64,000 nt of DNA from Tubulanus polymorphus (taxonomy: Eukaryota; Animalia; Nemertea): positions 14,682,275 to 14,746,274 of the forward strand of contig NC_134032.1 of assembly GCF_964204645.1 (NCBI RefSeq), in the 5' to 3' direction. The position numbers were made by a program, and so were the translations under genes. Every line of letters begins with the position of its first letter. Within the stretch, counting starts at the first letter, position 1. Below, piece by piece: positions 58,901 to 64,000 of the stretch. The notes below the pieces were generated by a model. The model saw only the letters and a list, made by a program, of their open reading frames with translations, ran no database searches and was not told where the DNA came from.

Positions 58901-61900
58901 ATACATGAAATTATTACTATTAATTCTTATTGAAATATTTGGTCATTACAGGATATCTTCTTTTAATCATTGCAGCTAAATTTCAACTATGCGAAAAAAC
59001 CCAGCTTGAGATCAACTACTCGTCCAAAATCGACCAACTTGAACAGCGCACAGATGGGGCCAACAGAATCGAACTTATTAACCCACCAACTTTAGATGAT
59101 CCACACTGATAACAAACCAAGCAATCATAAAAGGTAACTTGATATACATGAAGTTATTACGATTAATTCTTATTGAAATATTTGGTCATTACAGGATATC
59201 TTCTTTCAATTATTGCAGCTACATTTCAACTACGCGAAAAAATTCCAGTTTGAGAACAACTACTCGTCAAAAATCAACCAACTCGAACAGCGCACAGCCA
59301 ACTAGGATCGAACTCATTAACCAATCAACTAATAAGATAATCGCCAATAATGAAACCAGCAATCATAAAAGGTAACTTGATATACATGAAATTATTACGA
59401 TTAGTTCTTATTGAAATATTTGGTCATTACAGGATATCTTCTTTTAATCATTGCAGCTAAATTTCAACTATGCGAAAAAACCCAGCTTGCGATCAACTGC
59501 TCGTCCAAAATCGACCAACTTGAACAGCGCACGAGGCCAACAGAATCTAACTCATTAACCAATCAACTAATAAGATAATCGCCAATAACGAAACCAGCAA
59601 TCATAAAAGGTAACTTGATATACATGAATTTATTACGATTAATTCTTATTGAAATATTTGGTCATTACAGGATATCTTCTTTTAATCATTGCAGCTAAAT
59701 TTCAACTATGCGAAAAAACCCAGCTTGAGATCAACTGCTCGTCCAAAATCGACCAACTTAAACCGCGCACGAGGCCTACAGAATCGAACTCATTAACCAA
59801 CCAACTTTAGATGATCCTCACTGATAACGAACCAAGCAATCATAAAAGGTAACTTGATATACATGAAGTTATTACGATTAATTCTTATTGAAATATTTGG
59901 TCATTACAGGATATCTTCTTTCAATTATTGCAGCTACATTTCAACTACGCGAAAAAATTCCAGTTTGAGAACAACTACTCGTCAAAAATCAACCAACTCG
60001 AACAGCGCACAGCCAACTAGGATCGAACTCATTAACCAATCAACTAATAAGATAATCGCCAATAATGAAACCAGCAATCATAAAAGGTAACTTGATATAC
60101 ATGAAATTATTACGATTAGTTCTTATTGAAATATTTGGTCATTACAGGATATCTTCTTTTAATCATTGCAGCTAAATTTCAACTATGCGAAAAAACCCAG
60201 CTTGCGATCAACTGCTCGTCCAAAATCGACCAACTTGAACAGCGCACGAGGCCAACAGAATCTAACTCATTAACCAATCAACTAATAAGATAATCGCCAA
60301 TAACGAAACCAGCAATCATAAAAGGTAACTTGATATACATGAATTTATTACGATTAATTCTTATTGAAATATTTGGTCATTACAGGATATCTTCTTTTAA
60401 TCATTGCAGCTAAATTTCAACTATGCGAAAAAACCCAGCTTGAGATCAACTGCTCGTCCAAAATCGACCAACTTAAACCGCGCACGAGGCCTACAGAATC
60501 GAACTCATTAACCAACCAACTTTAGATGATCCTCACTGATAACGAACCCAGCAATCATAAAAGGTAACTTGATATACATGAAATTATTACGATAAATTCT
60601 TATTGAAATATTTGGTCATTACAGGATATCTTCTTTTAATCATTTCAGCTAAATTTCAACTATAAGAAGAAACCCAGTTTGAGAACAACTACTCGTCAAA
60701 AATCAACCAACTTGAACAGCGCACAGCCAACTAGGATCGAACTCATTAACCAATCAACTAATAAGATAATCGCCAATAATGAAACCAGCAATCATAAAAG
60801 GTAACTTGATATACATGAAATTATTACGATTAGTTCTTATTGAAATATTTGGTCATTACAGGATATCTTCTTTTAATCATTGCAGCTAAATTTCAACTAT
60901 GCGAAAAAACCCAGCTTGAGATCAACTGCTCGTCCAAAATCGAACAACTTGAACAGCGCACAGATGGGGCCAACAGAATCGAACTTATTAACCCACCAAC
61001 TTAAGATGATCCACACTGATAACAAACCAAGCAATCATAAAAGGTAACTTGATATACATGAAATTATTACGATTAATTCTTATTGAAATATTTGGTCATT
61101 ACAGGATATCTTCTATCAATTATTGCAGCTACATTTCAACTACGCGAAAAAACCCAGTTTGAGAACAACTACTCGTCAAAAATCAACCAACTTGAACAGC
61201 GCACAGCCAACTAGGATCGAACTCATTAACCAATCAACTAATAAGATAATCGCCAATAATGAAACCAGCAATCATAAAAGGTAACTTGATATACATGAAA
61301 TTATTACGATTAATTCTTATTGAAATATTTGGTCATTACAGGATATCTTCTTTTAATCATTGCAGCTAAATTTCAACAATGCGAAAAAACCCAGCTTGAG
61401 ATCAACTGCTCGTCCAAAATCAACCAACTTGAACAGCGCACAGCCAACTAGGATCGAACTCATTAACCAATCAACTAATAAGATAATCGCCGATAACGAA
61501 ACCAGCAATCATAAAAGGTAACTTGATATACATGAATTTATTACGATTAATTCTTATTGAAATATTTGGTCATTACAGGATATCTTCTTTTAATCATTGC
61601 AGCTAATTTTCAACTATGCGAAAAAACCCAGCTTGCAATCGATCAACTGCTCGTCCAAAATCGACCAACTTGAACAGCGCACGAGGCCAACAGAATCTAA
61701 CTCATTAACCAATCAACTAATAAGATAATCGCCAATAATGAAACCAGCAATCATAAAAGGTAACTTGATGTACATGAAATTATAACGATTAATTCTTATT
61801 GAAATATTTGGTCATTACAGGATATCTTCTTTTAATCATTGCAGCTAAATTTCAACTATGCGAAAAAACCCAGCTTGAGATCAACTACTCGTCCAAAATC

Positions 61901-62610
61901 GACCAACTTGAACAGCGCATGAGGCCTACAGAATCGAACTCATTAACCAACCAACTAATAAGATAATTGCCAATAACAAAACAAGCAATCATAAAAGGTA
62001 ACTTGATATACATGAAATTATAACGATTAATTCTTATTGAAATATTTGGTCATTACAGGATATCTTCTTTTAATCATTGCAGCTAAATTTCAACTATGCG
62101 AAAAAACCCAGCTTGAGATCAACTGCTCGTCCAAAATCGACCAACTTGAACAGCGCACAGATGAGGCCAACAGAATCGAACTTATTAACCCACCAACTTT
62201 AGATGATCCACACTGATAACGAACCAAGCAATCAAAAGGTAACTTGATATACATGAAATTATTACGATTAATTCTTATTGAAATATTTTGTCATTACAGG
62301 ATATCTTCTTTTAATTATTGCAGCTAAATTTCAACTATAAGAAGAAACCCAGCTTGAGATCAATTACTCGTCCAAAATCGACCAACTTGAACAGCGCACG
62401 AGGCTTACAGAATCGAACTCATTAACCAACCAACTTAAGATGATCCACACCGATAACGAACCAAGGAATCATAAAAGGTAACTTGATATACATGAAATTA
62501 TTACGATTAATTCTTATTGAAATATTTGGTCATTACAGGATATCTTCTGTTAATTATTGCAGCTAAATTTCAACTATAAGAAGAAACCCAGCTTGAGATC
62601 AACTACTCAT
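55985..62610 (+). repeat. ~238 bp satellite, ~28 units, each with an exon-like (~152-158 nt) and an intron-like (85 nt GT..AG) part
   Basis: AAAAG|GTAACT at 56032, 56275, 56513, 56750 ... 62478; ttcttttaatcattgCAG| at the end of each 85 nt block. Confidence 0.95.
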
Positions 62611-64000
62611 CAGAAAATCTACAAGTAGATGAATACTGATTGACCCATTTGCTGATGAAAACTGCAGAAGCCAAGATTAGAAGTTGAGGAGCCAGCAACG
62701 GATTAATCACTCAACGAAGGATTCTTCTACAAACGGTGGTTGATTTCTATAGAATATTCTATCAGGAGCAGCAGAGACTATAGTGAATCTTATAAACACT
62801 GATTCAGGATAAGCACTGTTTTAAAAGCAGCATAGACAATAGTGCATCTTATTAAGAGCAGCATAAACAATAGTGCATCTTATAAACACTGAAATCCAGG
62901 AGCGGCAAAGACAATAACGGATTTCTGTCGTAAAGTATTGATTTTTTTACTTATCACCCTTTTTCAAACCAGTCTGATATAGTGTTTTAAAGGAAATTAT
63001 TTTATAATGTTTAATGCAATTTGAGAGTCTAATAAAAGCTAAGCTCCATTAATTCACGATATTGGTATTCGATCCTTGGTTGATAGAGAAGTCAAGTTAG
63101 GTTAGTCACTAGGGCTAAATGGTCGCGTCGAGCGCCTTGTTTGGGCTCGCAGGTCTGTTGAGTTAACTCCTAAACTGAGATATAGTTTCAACATGATATT
63201 GTGAGTTTAATCTTTAAAGCTTACCATTGTTTAAACATAGTCAACTATGACTATTTGTCTGTGGAGGTATCATATAGTTATGAAACATAGAACATAACGT
63301 TAGGCCAGTGTTGATGTACAAATATTAAGTATTTGCTGAATTGTAGGTGTATTAATTTGATGGATATATATTTTTGAAGGCCCATGTAACTGATTTCACA
63401 ATTGAATCGTATATGTCGATTTTCACATCGAGTTTTAACTTTGAGCCTCCATCAATCTGTTCGATGATCATAGCTAGTATTTGAAATCAAAAGCTTTATT
63501 TGAAAGGAGACCATTATTTACATTTGAGAGGTAAAGCTAGGAATAACAAGGCATAAAGTTATAGCTAGGACTAATTTTGAACGTTTTAACATTGTTTATA
63601 GCTGTTTGAACTTCTTTTATTGTAAGGGGTAAATCCATATCACAAGATGGCTCTCGTGAATAATCACTTAGCTTCAAATTGGGTGTATAATGATTATTAA
63701 GGAGTGGCAGTGAATCGGTAGTGCTTTTCTAAAATGGGCCCAGAAACTTTACAGTGAAAAAATGCCAGCAGTTGTAAATAGAGGAGTATAAATAATACAT
63801 AATACAAACTACAAGTACATAAATTAATAAAAAGATAAATAAAAAAAACCAATAAATAATAAGTAGTAAAAAATACAAAATACAAGTACATACATAAATA
63901 GATAATATTAAAAAATAGATAAAAATAATAAACAACAATACAAACAAACAACAATTAATATTCTATTTACATGAAAAGGCATTTTTTCAAATATTTATCA

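Noticed and set aside
63697-63954. Hydrophobic ORFs at the window end
   Set aside because: Translation of A-rich low-complexity sequence.

Overview
This is AT-rich animal (invertebrate-type) genomic DNA with spliceosomal GT-AG introns, not a prokaryotic window. It holds four main things. (1) A TDRD7-like germ-granule gene on the minus strand: 22 hand-spliced in-frame coding exons from 30163 down to 27, running off the left edge, with eLOTUS, dsRBD-like, LOTUS and extended Tudor domains. (2) A divergently transcribed 9-coding-exon MTHFSD gene (33435-41207). (3) An intron-containing but multiply disabled TXNL1 pseudogene (45990-49717). (4) A 6.6 kb, ~238 bp satellite whose monomer looks like an exon plus an 85 nt GT-AG intron. 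The most striking system sits inside one 13.7 kb TDRD7 intron (934-14654): a same-strand tandem array of six intact, intronless HemK/PrmC-like (MTS-type) class I SAM methyltransferase genes plus one internally deleted copy. Their SAM-binding core is nearly identical at the DNA level, while the segments predicted to line the substrate pocket and motif IV (HTPY/HTPC/HVPY/CVPC instead of NPPY) differ between copies. A second highlight is seven tandem minimal hammerhead ribozyme motifs (69 bp unit) in another TDRD7 intron. Many MITEs, minisatellites and a 548 bp near-perfect palindrome are also present. All gene models and family assignments were made by eye, without database searches.
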